A DNA stretch of 51,538 nt from assembly GCF_004010195.1 (NCBI RefSeq), contig NC_057757.1, positions 3,008,911 to 3,060,448 on the forward strand. Reading direction: 5' to 3'. This DNA is from Chiloscyllium plagiosum. Taxonomy: Eukaryota. How positions within the stretch are numbered: position 1 is the stretch's first letter; every line of letters begins with the position of its first letter. This document shows, piece by piece, positions 37,933 through 49,690 of the stretch. The notes beneath the pieces are model-generated. The model was not told the origin of the DNA and did no database searches. It saw only the letters and a program-made list of their open reading frames with translations. Position numbers and translations under genes: made by a program.

Positions 37933-38400
37933 GAGAGATACCAATTGGTATACAGATATCTCTCTGAGAGAGAGGGGACTGAGAGACACCAGTCAGTGCA
38001 CAGATATATCCCTGAGACAGAGGGGACTGAGAGATATCAATCAGTGAACAGATATCCCCCTGAGAGAGAGAGGAGACTGAGAGACACCAGTCAGTGTACA
38101 ACTATCTCCCTGAGAGAGAGGGGACTGAGAGGCACCGCTCAGTGGACAGATATCCCCCTGAGAGAGGTGACTGAGAGACACCAGTCAGTGCACAGATATC
38201 CCCCTGAGAGAGAGGGGACTGAGAGACACCAGCCAGTGTACAGATATCTCCCTGAGAGAGAGTGAGGACAGAGAGGCACCAGTCGGTCTGGAAATATCTC
38301 CCTTAGAGAGGGGGATCTGAGAGACACCAGTCAGTGTGCAGATATCTCCTTGAGAGAGAGAGAGAGAGACAGAGAGACAGAGAGAGGGACGGGACTGAGA
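37933..38400. repeat. ~48-bp GA-rich minisatellite (~9 copies) ending in (GA)n
   Basis: Unit TGAGAGAGAGGGGACTGAGAGACACCAGTCAGTGCACAGATATCCCCC. Confidence 0.9.
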
Positions 38401-38791
38401 GGCAAGTGAATATGGAAGTGCTGATGGAGAAACCATTGCAGCACATTCTTGTTCTTGATTTTGGGGCGTGCGTTTTCTACCTTCCCATCGTGTGTCGGTG
38501 CTTAAAGTCTCCCCACAACTAAACCTGGCTTTTTTAAGCGTTCAAGGAGGTCCATGATTTGAAACATTCAGTGGACATTGTGCCATTTGATATTTCTGAG
38601 GTGTTTATTAAATCAATTGCTGTTCGGCAGGTAAAGTAAAGATTACTCGGGCAAATGGGAAGGTGTAATTAAAAACACAAACAAATCAGCCATGATCCTG
38701 AGGAAAGGCCAAATGGCTTATTTGTTCGAAATGTGTTCCTCAGACCCATCATCCTCCACCCCTTAGCCACAGAGACAGAATTATCCAGCTT

Positions 38792-39320
38792 ACAATAAAA
38801 CCATAAAATATAGGAACAGAATTAGACCATTCGGCCCATCAGGTCTGCTCCACCATTCAATCATGGCTGATATGTTTATCAACCTCATTCTCCTGCCTTC
38901 TCCCCATAACACTTGATCCCCCTCACTAATCAGGAACCTATCTCTCTCTGTCTCAATGACTTGGCCCCCACAGCCCTCTGCGGCAATGAGTTCCACAGAG
39001 TCACCATCCTCTGGCTGAAGAAATATCCCCCTCATCTCAGTTCTGAAGAGCTGTCTCTTCAATCTGAGAGGATGATGTCTCTCAGTCTCTCTCTCTCTCT
39101 CTCTCAGACCCTAGTCTCTCTGACCGGTGGAAACATCTTCCCAGTGCCTACTCTATCCAGGCCTCTCGGTATTCTGTAAGTTTCAATCAGTTCCCCCCAC
39201 CACCTCCCCACCCCATCCTTCTAAACTACACCAGAGTCCTCCACCACTCCCCATGTGACAAGCCCTTCATCCCAGGATCATTCTTGTGAAACTCCTCTGG
39301 ACCTCCCTCCAACACCAGCA
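38792..39320 (-). mobile_element. CR1 3' portion
   Basis: Minus-strand FRTEMRGIF; reverse-complemented tail CCATTCGGCCCATCAGGTCTGCTCC. Confidence 0.9.
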
Positions 39321-39964
39321 CAGGATTATTGTCCCTGGATTCTGAAGGGTTGGGCAGACTGGGGCCTACCAGCTGGGGGAAGGGAACAAAGAGTTCATCA
39401 GCTCTGCAATCAGCGCCTTATCTTTTGGCTGACTTTTACTTGCCCAATCGATTGACCCAAGTCCCAGCTGATTCACAAAAGCTGAGTGATGGTGAGAGCT
39501 GACTGTTTCCTGCTGGGAGCAGAGGCATGCATTGCTCTGTAGTTAGCTGCATCAGACTGATCAGGAAAACAGATCTGAACTCAGTATTGGCACAAAGCAT
39601 CTCATCGAGAGGGTGGTCGAACTGCTTCTGTTTCTCTGAGCGAGCGTCCGCAGCTGCCTTTCCAGCTTTCTGATGATATTGGTTATGACCCCTCCAAATG
39701 GCACTCTTTGTGCAGTGGGTAGATCACCAACAGAGCGCAGAGTCATATGGAGTCATACAGCCCAGAAACTGACCCTACAGTCCAACCCGCCCATCAAAGG
39801 TGAGGGAGACGGGTGGGGACTTGCTGAAAATGGAAGGGGAAATAAGACATTATACCACAATTAATCGATGGATAGCTCTTTGTAATGGTGCACAGCCAGC
39901 TGCAGTGTTTACAATAAGGAAACAGTCAGCTCTCACCATCACTCAGCTTTTGTTAGGGGAAGGA

Positions 39965-40730
39965 ATGTGGTCATCTGCTCAAGACTGTAAGAAACGGGCG
40001 GCACGGTGGCACAGTGGTTAGCACGCTGCCTCACAGCGCCTGAGACCCGGGTTCAATTCCCACCTCAGGCAACTGTCTGTGTGGAGTTTGCACGTTCTCC
40101 CCGTGTCTGGGTGGGTTTCCTCCGGGTGCTCCAGTTTCCTCCCACAGTCCAAAGATGTGCAGGTCAGGTGAATTGGCCATGTTAAATTAGGTTAGGTAAG
40201 GGGTAAATGTAGGGGCATGGGTGGGTTGCGCTTCGGCGGGGCGGTGTGGACTTGTTGGGCCGAAGGGCCTGTTTCCACGCTGTAAGGTAATCTAAAAAAT
40301 AATTTAATCTAAAACTACAGAGAGTTGTGAGCACAGCCCAGTCCATCCACACTAACTCACCTTCCATCCATTGACTTCAGCTACACTTCCTGCTTCCTCA
40401 GAAAGGCAGCCAACATCATCAAAGACCCCTCCCACCTCTTTTACAATCCTCTCCAACCTCTTCCATCAGGCAGAAAATACAAAACTCGCACCAACAGATT
40501 CAGGAACAGCTTCTTCCCTGCTGTTAATAGACCTCTGAATGGACCTCTCAAATTTTAAACGTAATGTTGATCTTGCTCCCTATGCACCTTTCCCTGCAGC
40601 CATTAACATTGTATTCCTCATTCTGTTTTATCCCCCTTATGCCTTTTGTATGGTATGATCTGCCTGTACTGTACGCAAAACTGAACATTTCACTGTACCT
40701 AGATGCAATGGGACAATAATCAATCAAATC
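39965..40730 (+). mobile_element. Rex1/Babar-like LINE 3' end, interrupted by SINE
   Basis: Joined frame SAQDCKK|LQRVVSTAQSI...RKAANIIKDPSH...QPLPSGRKY...TNRFRNSFFPAVNRPLNG. Confidence 0.8.
39996..40311 (+). mobile_element. HE1-like SINE, 4-bp TSD AAAC
   Basis: A/B boxes and V-domain; AAAC at 39992-39995 and 40312-40315. Confidence 0.95.
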
Positions 40731-40889
40731 AACTGTTCGGGGTGATCGCAGGGAGAACGTCATCCAAAAGAGATAGTGAATCCGGGGACAGGGCTATCAC
40801 AAAGGCAATTGGGACAAATGTGTTCGGGAAGCCCAAAGTCGAACAAGAACCCACTTCCTTTCTTGGCTTTTGGGGATTACTTTCAGGAT

Positions 40890-41140
40890 GAGATGATCAC
40901 TTCACTGTCACTCCTGCTTATAACCTGCTTCACTTGCCACGAAGAGCTGCTGAGGGAGAGACATTGCTTCATCACTGGGTCAGCAGGAACAAGCACACCC
41001 GATGACCCCCTCCACACCTCCAACTGGCAAACATTGGAACCCACCGTTGTGACCCACCCTGTTTGCTGGTGAACATTCACACGAACTGCAAAGAGTACTA
41101 TCCCTCAGGAGAAAGATCCTCGTTCTTCGACTGGAGAGGG
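40890..41140 (+). mobile_element. Ancient dispersed repeat (probable L2-type APE remnant)
   Basis: AYNLLHLPRRAAEG ~ GYTFHHLPR..RGGGV; RKILVL; homologous to 22640-22830. Confidence 0.5.
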
Positions 41141-41977
41141 GCAGAGAACGACTGTAAAAATCATGCAAATATTTTCTGCACGATTTCAAGTCTAGCACCA
41201 TTGTTCCTGTAGCAGGGAGACCAGAATTGCACGTAGTATTCCAGAAGTGGCCCAACCCATGCCCTGTACAGCTGCAACATGACTTCCCAACTCCGATACT
41301 CCACACTTTCCACCCAGCCGCCTCGCCCCCAGCCCACCCGTCCAACCCTGCCATCATTCAGCTCCAGTTGTATGCGGGTTTTCTGCATGCCTTGATTCCG
41401 AGGGTCTGGATGCCTGTAGTCCCAGGTTCTCGTGTTCCTGCATTTGATCTGACCACCCACGTCTCTAGACTCTACTTCCCCGTGTTGTTTTACTCTTTGC
41501 CCCAGGTGGACCCCTTGACAAAGGGCTTTGGTCTAACATCTGCCCCCTGATGGCTTGCTGTCTCCGTGGGGCTGCAGCTGTAACTGGAAGATGGATTTCC
41601 TTCACTCCCTGCCTCTAGTTGTTTCACATTTTCAGTCATTCAGAGGTGTGTTGGAGCTGCTGCAGTGCCACATGTCAGCCAGTAGCTGGCAGCATTGAGC
41701 TAAAAGAATGAATTGACCTTTAGCTGAGAGGAGCGTAGGATGCATGGATGTCACAACTCCAGAAATTTAAAGAGAATCTGCAAATAGCAATACTTTTTCT
41801 CACAAAAACATACTTTATTCTCCAGACAGCACACTTTATTCTTAGGTCCTTCAATGTGGCTGTTAAATGTTTTTTTTTAAATAAAACTGGTACAAGCAAA
41901 AGTGACCATGCAGTTGTCAGCATGTAGTGAGCCACAGACTTGAAATCTCCTCTCTAACTCTCCCTGTCCTCTTCCTT

Positions 41978-42355
41978 CTAAGAACCACAAAAGAAAAGAA
42001 CAGGACGAGGCCATTTGGCCATTCGAACCTGCTCCACGTTCAGTAGGATCATGGCTGTCCATTTTCCTGTGCTTTCCCTGTGATCCTTGAGTCCCCAACT
42101 GACCAAGAATCTATCTATCTCAGTCTTCAACATACACAAGGACTCTGCCCCTACAGCTGTCTGTGCCAAAGAGTTCCAAAGACTCTGAGAGAAGAGATTC
42201 CTCCTCATCGCAATCTTAAATTGGCAGCTCTTTATTCTGAGACTGTGTCCTCTGTTCCTAAACTCTCCCATGAGGGGGAAACACCCTCTCAGTATTGACC
42301 CTGTTGAACCCTGTAAAATCCTATATGTTTCATTGAGACCACCTCTCATTCTTCG
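41978..42355 (-). mobile_element. CR1 3' portion
   Basis: MRGGLNETYRILQG...RGHSLRIK...FKIAMRRNLFSQ.LWNSL. Confidence 0.9.
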
Positions 42356-42659
42356 AAATTCTTTTCAAATGGTCCCTGCCAGCTACAGCTTAGACCAAAC
42401 CTTTTGTGACTCATTGTTAAACATTGTTTGATAATTGTTCCTGTGGGTGCCAGAGAGTCTTTCACTGTGTTAAAGGAGCTACGTCAATTTAATTTGTAAT
42501 TGTTGCAATTCAGATCGACAGTGAAAAACAGAATGGAGACTTTGGTTTTACTTTTACTGACCAATTTTTAAAATCATTTCATTCTTTTTCCATAACTTTA
42601 GCCTTTTTATCCCCAAATCACCTTTGATTAATTCTGTTTTTCTAATATGGAATGGAAAA

Positions 42660-42775
42660 TGGAAGCCAAGATTAGAGTGGTGCTGGATTTTCCTGCTCCT
42701 CAGATGCTGCCTGACCTGCTGTGCTTTTCCAGCACTACTCTTAAATCTCCAGCATCTGCAGTACCCACTTCTGTC
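42660..42775 (+). mobile_element. PLE-like short element with a partial inverted end
   Basis: GATGCTGCCTGACCTGCTGTGCTTTTCCAGC core; AGAGTGGTGCTGGA is inverted relative to TCCAGCACTACTCT. Confidence 0.7.
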
Positions 42776-42841
42776 TAATAGGAAATGAAAGCCTGTTCTT
42801 TAATCTTCACAGCCTCTAAAACACATGAATAATGTTATTGA

Positions 42842-43042
42842 TAGGTTGAGAGTGTTAGGCCTTTTCTCATTGGAACGGCGAAGGATGAGGGGTGACTTGA
42901 TAGAGGTGTATAAGATGATCAGAGGACTAGATAGAGTAGACAGTCAGAGTGCTTAAGCTAGGACAAATGTTCGGCACAACATCGTGGGCCGAAGGGCCTG
43001 TTCTGTGCTGTATTGTTCTATGTTCTATCTATGTTCTATGTT
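42842..43042 (+). mobile_element. Internally deleted CR1 3' end
   Basis: LGLFSLERRRMRGDLIEVYKMIRG joined to the tail GGGCCGAAGGGCCTGTTCTGTGCTG (TTCTATG)n. Confidence 0.85.
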
Positions 43043-43269
43043 ACCTTGCTGGCTCTGTACTGGAATAAACGTTGGAACCTCCACTATCACTGTTTGTAGT
43101 CCCGGGCCGCAACATGTTAAATAAAAGTGAGCACCTCAGACTTCCTGAGTACCATGCACCATACCATTCCTTTGTCAGCAATCTTCAACCAAGTAGGCAT
43201 GGTTTGTGACTGCTCTAAAAAACCGATAAAGAGGCAACGTGGCAAAAAGTAGTGCCCAATGAAAAACTA

Positions 43270-43975
43270 GTACAGAGAGTCAGACAGCATGTAAACAGGC
43301 CCTTCAGTCCAACTTGTCCATACCGACCAGATTGCCGAAACTGAACCAGTCCCATTTGCCTGCATTTGACCTATCTCCCTGTTCTTATCCATGTACCTGT
43401 CCAAATGTCTTTTCAATGTTGAAATTGTGCCAGCCTCTACCACCTCCTCTGGCAACTTGTTCTGTACACACCCCTCTGTGTGGAAATGTTGCCCCTCAGT
43501 TCCCTTTTAAATCCCTCTCACCTTAAACCTGTGCCCTATAGTTTTGGATTCCCCTACCCTAAGGAGAAAACCCTGTATATTTACCCTATCCGTGTCCCTC
43601 ATGATTTTATGAACCTCTATAAGGTCAGCCTTCAGCCTCCTAAACCGCTCCTTATAACTCAAACTGTCCAGTCTCAGTAACATTCTTATAAATCTTTTTT
43701 GCACCTTTTTCAGTTTAATCATTTCCTTCCTATTGCAGGGCGACCAGAATTGTGCACGGTACTCCCAAAGGTGGCCTTACCAATGTCTTGTACAACTCCT
43801 GTACACTCAGTGCTCTGACCGATGAAGACAAGCATGCCAAATGCCTTCTTCATCACCTTGTCTACCTGTGACGCCACTTTCAGGGAACTATATACGTGCA
43901 CCCCTTACGTCTCTCTTTTCAGCAACATTCCCCAGGGACCTGCCACTAACTGTGTAAGTCCTGCCCTGGTTCTTT
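43270..43975 (-). mobile_element. CR1 3' portion
   Basis: Minus-strand SLKVASQVDKVMKKAFGML; LKKVQKRFIRML; PEEVVEAGTISTLKRHLD. Confidence 0.92.
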
Positions 43976-44538
43976 GTTATTGGCAGAGTCTTTAAGTGTT
44001 GTGCACTTCTCATGCAGAGGGAGAGGGATTTTGCATTAAATTAAAGTGGGAGTTTGCAGAGTGATGATATCCTACAGTCCTTGTGGCCAGTCAGTCATGA
44101 CAGACCTCAAACTTACATGTGGACATTGCCTGCTCCCTCTCATTCTTCAAAGTTCTTTTCAAATGGTCCCTGCCATCTACACCTTTGATCAAGCCTTTTG
44201 TGACTCAGTGTTAAACGGTTGTTTGATAATTGTTCCTGTGGGTGCCAGTCAGTTATGGAAGACCTTATTGGATATTGTCTGCTCCCTCTCGAAGGACATT
44301 CAAATTTATCTCCTCCTTTAGAAACTCTTTTATGTCAAATCAAATAAGGAAACAAATTAGATAACAATGTCTTAATGCGATACTGTCACTTGCGTTCTTT
44401 TGCAACGGAACAAATTAAATAATTAAGAACTAAATTAGTTTAGGAAACCAGGTCAGCATGGAAGAGTTGGACCGAAGGGTCAGATACGCTATGCCTTCCC
44501 TTTGCAAGTGTCCTCCAATTGACAGTGGATGTGTTTAA

Positions 44539-44661
44539 GAGAAAGTGCGGGCTGCAGATGCTGGAGATCAGAGCTGAAAATGTGTTGCTGGAAAAGCGCA
44601 GCAGGTCAGGCAGCATCCAAGGAGCAGGAGAATCGACGTTTCGGGCATAAGCCCTTCTTCA
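44539..44661 (-). mobile_element. PLE-like short element; hammerhead core truncated at its first base
   Basis: Minus-strand gUGAAGA-A-GGGC-UUAU-GCCC-GAA-ACGU-C; near-identical to 45632-45757. Confidence 0.8.
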
Positions 44662-45631
44662 CCAAAACTTAAAACCAATATCTCGTGATTGATGTTTACT
44701 TATGGTCGGTATGGACGTGTTTGGCCGAAGGATCTGTTTCTGTGCTGTCTGACTCTGTGACGTTTTGATGGCTGATTGTGACGGGAACATGTTTCTGCAG
44801 TGTGACGATTGTGTGATATTCTGGTTGGATATCTGATGAAACTCGTTGTCACCCCGTGCTGTCCAATCCTGTTAAGTCAGCGAGAGATCTCATTTATTTA
44901 TCAGAGTTTGGATCCTGGGCTGTGTCCAGTCTCCCAGTGGGATCAGATGGCCCTGGCAGATGTCACATACAGTCCCTGACAACTAGTGTCCATTGTCTCA
45001 GACCACACGGGTCAATTGGAGCACCAGCTGGATTCGCTGAAGAGCACTCAAGAGGTCGCTTTATCGACCGGAGTTTCAGGGATGTGGTCACATCAAAGGT
45101 TCAGTTAGTTTGATGGGTGACCTCCCTGCCTCCCCCCCACCCACCCCTACCCCCCAGGAGGAGCAGGCAGGAGTCCCCTGTTGCTATTCCTCTCACAATC
45201 AGGGTGTACCTGTTAGAGGGGGTTGGCCCCTCGGGAAAGAAACAGCAGCAGCCAAATCAGTGGCACCACGAACTGGCTCTGGTGTATAGCAAGAAGGCTC
45301 AAAGTATAGGCCAGCAGTACTGATTGTGTAAGGGGGGGAGCATTTGGGGAACAGTGATCATAACTTTGTAAATTTTAAAATGGTTACGGATAAGGATATG
45401 ACTGATCTTCGAGTTGAAGTGCTAAACTGGGGGAAGGCTAATTATAAAATTATTATGAGTCAACTGGAGAGATTGGATACGATCCGGCTGTTTGAAGGTA
45501 AATGCACATTTGAGATGTGGGAGTCGTTTAAAGGCCTTGGATCAGAGCTCAGGGCCAATATGTTCCTGTGAGGATGAAAGTTAAGGATGGTAAGATTCGG
45601 ATAACAAGAGATATTGACAGTTAAGTCAAAG

Positions 45632-45849
45632 AGGAGAAAGTGAGGACTGCAGATGCTGGAGATCAGAGCTGAAAATGTATTGCTGGAAAAGCGCAGCAGG
45701 TCAGGCAGCATCCAAGGAACAGGAGAATCGATGTTTCGGGCATAAGCCCTTCTTCAGGAATCAGACGGGCTTATGCCCGAAATGTCGATTCTCCTGTTCC
45801 TTGGATGCTGCCTGACCTGCTGCGCTTTTCCAGCAACACATTTTCAGCT
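45632..45849. mobile_element. Palindromic PLE-like insertion (inverted terminal-repeat pair), 14-bp TSD
   Basis: Inverted arms 45666-45749 and 45767-45850; CAGTTAAGTCAAAG at 45618-45631 and 45850-45863. Confidence 0.9.
45728..45760 (-). ncRNA. Putative minimal hammerhead core (stem III altered)
   Basis: Minus-strand UUC-CUGAAGA-A-GGGC-UUAU-GCCC-GAA-ACAU-C-GA; ACGU changed to ACAU relative to the 44.6-kb copy. Confidence 0.5.
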
Positions 45850-47854
45850 CAGTTAAGTCAAAGTGTAAAAGGAAGCAGATGTAAGGATTAGGAAACTGAA
45901 ATCACGCAAGACCCTTGAGGAGAATAAAGGAAGCAGCTAAGAATTTAAACAAGGAACTAGGAGGGCTAAAAGGAGCTATGAAATGTCCTTGGCAAGTGGG
46001 ATTAAGGAAAATCCCTAAACATTTTATACTTATATTAGGAACAAGAGGGTAGCTAGGAAAAGGGAAGCTCCTCTCAAGGACAAAGGAGGGAATTTGTGTG
46101 TGGAGCCAGAGAAGTGACTGAGGTCCTTAATAAATACTTTGCATCAGCATTCACAAGGGAGAAGGACATGGTGGATGGTAAGTTTAGAAAGGGATATGCT
46201 GATACTAAGAAGGAGGAGGAGGTGTTGGGTGTCTTGAAAAATGCTAAAGTAGATAAGTCTCCAGGGCCTGACGGGATCTATCCTAGGATATTGAGGGAGG
46301 CAAGGGAAGAGATTGCTGTGGCCTTGACAGAGATCTTTGTATCCTCGCTAGCCACAGACAAGGGCCCTGAAGATTGGAAAATAGCCAGCATTGTTCCTAT
46401 GTTTAAGGAGGGCAACAGGGATTATCCAGGGAATTATACGCTGTTGAACCTTACATCAGTGGTAGAGAAATTATTGGAGAAGATTCTTAGGGACAGGATT
46501 TACTTGCAGGATGGTCAGAATGGTGGAGGAGGTCTTGTCTCACAAATTTGATTGAGTTTTTTGAGGACATGACAAAGCTGATGATAGAGGGTAGGACATG
46601 AATCTTGCCATGAGGTTTACTAAAGCATTTGACAAGGTTCCTCATGGTAAGCTGGGCCCAGAAGATTACATCACATGCCATCCACAGTCAGTTGGTTACA
46701 AAATTGGCATGGTCATAGAAGACAGAGGGTGGTCATGAATGGGCGATGTTCTGATTGGTGGACCGTGACTAATGGTGTTCCACAAGGAACTGTTCTGGGA
46801 CCTCTGTTGTTTGTAAAGATACAAATGATTGAATGGAAATGCAGGTGGTCTGAGTAGTCAGTAGACAACATAAGAATTGGTGGGGTTGTCAAGTTTGTCA
46901 AAGTTTACATCAGGATAGTGACCAGTTGGAAAATTGGACGGAGAAATTGCAGATGGAGTTTAATCTGGACGTGTGTCAGGTGATGCATTTTGGGAGGCCA
47001 AATTCAGGAGGGAAATATACAGTAAATGGCAGCACCCTTAGGAACACTGATATACTGTTTGTCCAAGTCCATAGCTCCCTGAAAGGGGCAAGACTAGTGG
47101 ATACAGTGGTAAAGAAGGCATATGGCACGTTTGTCTGCATCAGTTGTGGCATTGAGCATAAAAGTCAGCAAGTCATGTTGCAGCTGTACAAAACTTTAGC
47201 TGGGACTCGTTTGGAGTACTGTGTGCAGTTATAATCGCTGCACTATAAGAAGAATGTGGAGGCTTTGGAAAGGGTGCAAGAGAGTTTTTTCAGGCCGTTG
47301 CCTGAATTGGAGTGTATTTGCTATAAGGAGAGGTTGGACAAACTTGAATTGTTTTTGCTGGTGTCGGAGACTGAGAGGTGACCTGATAGAAGTGTACAAA
47401 AGTATAAGTGGCATGGATAGGGCGGATAGTCGGGATCTCTTTTCCGGGGTGGAAATGTCTAACATTAGACAGCATAGGTTTAAGGTGAGAGTGGGAAAGT
47501 TTAAAGGATATGTGCAGGGAAAGATTTTTACACGGAGGGTGGTAGGTGTCTGCAGCGTGCTGTTTGGGGGAAGGTAGAAGCAGGTATAATAGCAATGTTT
47601 AAGAGGTATTAGGATAGACATATGAACCAACAGGGAATAGAGAGATATGGACTGGATGCAAGCTGATGGAATTAGTTTAGAATGGCTCATTGTCAGCACA
47701 GACATGGTGGGCCGAAGGGCCTGTACCTGTGTGATACTGTTCTATCCAAATTACTTCATGGTTCTGTGAGAGGCAAACTAACAAAGCTGTATGATAAAGA
47801 GCAAGGGGGACCTCCTGGTGTGTGGGGCCAGTATCAATCCCTCAACACCACTGT

Positions 47855-48450
47855 TTATAAACAGGGAGGCTACGCTGTAGCTGGAGAGGCTGCTGGAGAG
47901 GCCACGCCTGGAGTACTGTCTACAGTCCTGGTCTCCTCACTTGAGAAAGGATGTACTGGCACTGGAGGGGGTGCAGGGGAGGTTCACTTGGTCGATTCCG
48001 GAGTTGAGAGGATTGGCTGGTGAGGAGAGTTTGAGTCGACTGGGGCTATACTAATTGAAATTTAGAAGAATTGGGGTGGGTGGGGGAGGAGACCTTATAG
48101 AAATATATAAAATGGTGAAGGGAATAGATAAGATTGAAGCAGGGAGGCTGTATCCACTGGCGGGTGAAACTACAACGACGGGGCACGGTCTTAAAATAAG
48201 TGGGGAGCACATTTGGGACTGAGCTGAGGAGGAACTTCTTCCACCAAAGCTTTGTGAATCTGTGGAATTCCCAGCGCAGGGAAGTGGTTGAGGCCACCCC
48301 GTCGAAGGTAAAGGTAGACCCATTTTGGAACAGTAAAGGAATGAAAGGTTAGTGGAGCTGAGCCCACGAACACATCAGCTGTGATCTTATTGAGTCACAG
48401 AGCAGGCTCGAGGGGTCAGGCGGCCTAACCCTGCTCTTGACTCTTATGGT
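47855..48450 (+). mobile_element. CR1 3' portion
   Basis: RPRLEYCLQSWSPHLRKDVLALEGVQ; GDLIEIYKM; tail GAGGGGTCAGGCGGCCTAACCCTGCTC. Confidence 0.88.
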
Positions 48451-49139
48451 CAAACGGTCACATTATGGAAGGTTGCTCTGAACAAACTGGTTGCTGCCTT
48501 TCCCTCCAACAGTGAGCACACTTTAAAAGTTCTTCAAGGTCTGCAGGAAGTGCTTTGGTACGGACTGAGGTAACGAAAGGCGCTACAGAAACGCAAACCT
48601 CCCTTCTGTTATGACAGACCTGTTTGTCACTGCTGGAGCCTTTCTGACCATGTGACAAATTGTATTAATGTCAGAACTCGCCCCCCCCCCCCCCCCCTCC
48701 AGCCCCTGAGTCAAAACCCCAGAGGCTGTTGTCTTTGCTTCTGAGATTGACACGTCAATAACATCAGCGCACGGTTCTCCATTCCTGTGCCGCCTGACAC
48801 AAGAAATTGACAATAATCTTGTCTCAACATGGGCAGAATGTCAATGGATTTGCGAGATGTTCATAACAGGAGTTGTTGGAGTGGCAGGAGGAATGTGGAG
48901 AGGTGCTGTGAGGCTAATGCCCCTCAGCCAGCTCACTGTGCGCAGTGGTGTTGCAGTAATATTCAGTGTAGATTAGGTTTGGAGATGGAAATAAGCTACA
49001 TGTCATTTGCTATGGAATCCAAATTTGAGTATAAGCTCACATGCCCAACCAATTTCACAGCACAGCAGACACAGCAGGTCAGCGCATGTTGGCCATTGGT
49101 ATGAGGAATGACGCCTTGTCTCAGTTGTGCATTGGCATT

Positions 49140-49365
49140 GGTGTGGTGGCTCAGTGGTTAGCACTGCTGCCTCACGGCGCCAGGGACCCGGGTTTGATTC
49201 CAGCCTCGGGCGACTGTCTGTGTGGTCTTTGCACATTCTCCTTGTTTCCTCCAGGTCCTCTAGTTTCCTACCACAGTCCAAAGATATGCAGGTTAGGGTG
49301 GATTGGCCGTGTTAAATTGTCCCATAGTGCCCAGGGATGTGTAGGCTGGGTGGGTTAGCCGTGGG
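49140..49365 (+). mobile_element. HE1-related SINE, 3'-truncated
   Basis: TGGCTCAGTGGTTAGC A-box, GGTTTGATTCC B-box, V-domain. Confidence 0.9.
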
Positions 49366-49439
49366 ATGCTCTTCGGACTTTGAAGAGAAGTATCTTCACT
49401 TGGAGGTTTGTGAGTTGTTGGAATTTGTACGAATATCCC

Positions 49440-49690
49440 ATTAAGGAACAAGAGTAGGCCAATCGGCCCATCATGCCTGCTCTGCCATTCATTAAGATCA
49501 CGGCTAATTCAAGTGTGATCCCCCATAATCTTTTATCCCCTACGGTCGTCAAGAATCTACTAGCTCTGCCTTAAAAAAAGGGAAACATTCTGAATCCTTG
49601 GCCTTTCGAGGGAGAGAATTCCAAAGACTCTCAATCCTCTGAGAGAGAGAGAGAGAGAGAGAAAATGCCCTCATCTCTTTCTTAAATGGG
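49440..49690 (-). mobile_element. CR1 3' tail
   Basis: GAGTAGGCCAATCGGCCCATCATGCCTGCTCTGCCATTCA. Confidence 0.8.

Larger units (their letters stand above)
44900..47745 (+). mobile_element. Long decayed CR1 (ORF1 remnant, internal deletion, APE C-terminus, RT, 3' tail)
   Basis: ORF1-like IDRSFRDVVT..QESPVAIPL; ORF2 GNSDHNFVNF, KSPGPDGIYPRILRE, KAFDKVPH, GVPQGTVLGPLLF; many stops and frameshifts. Confidence 0.93.

Noticed and set aside
46096..47577. Functional reverse transcriptase gene
   Set aside because: Multiple stops and frameshifts and a degraded FADD catalytic motif; a dead CR1 copy.
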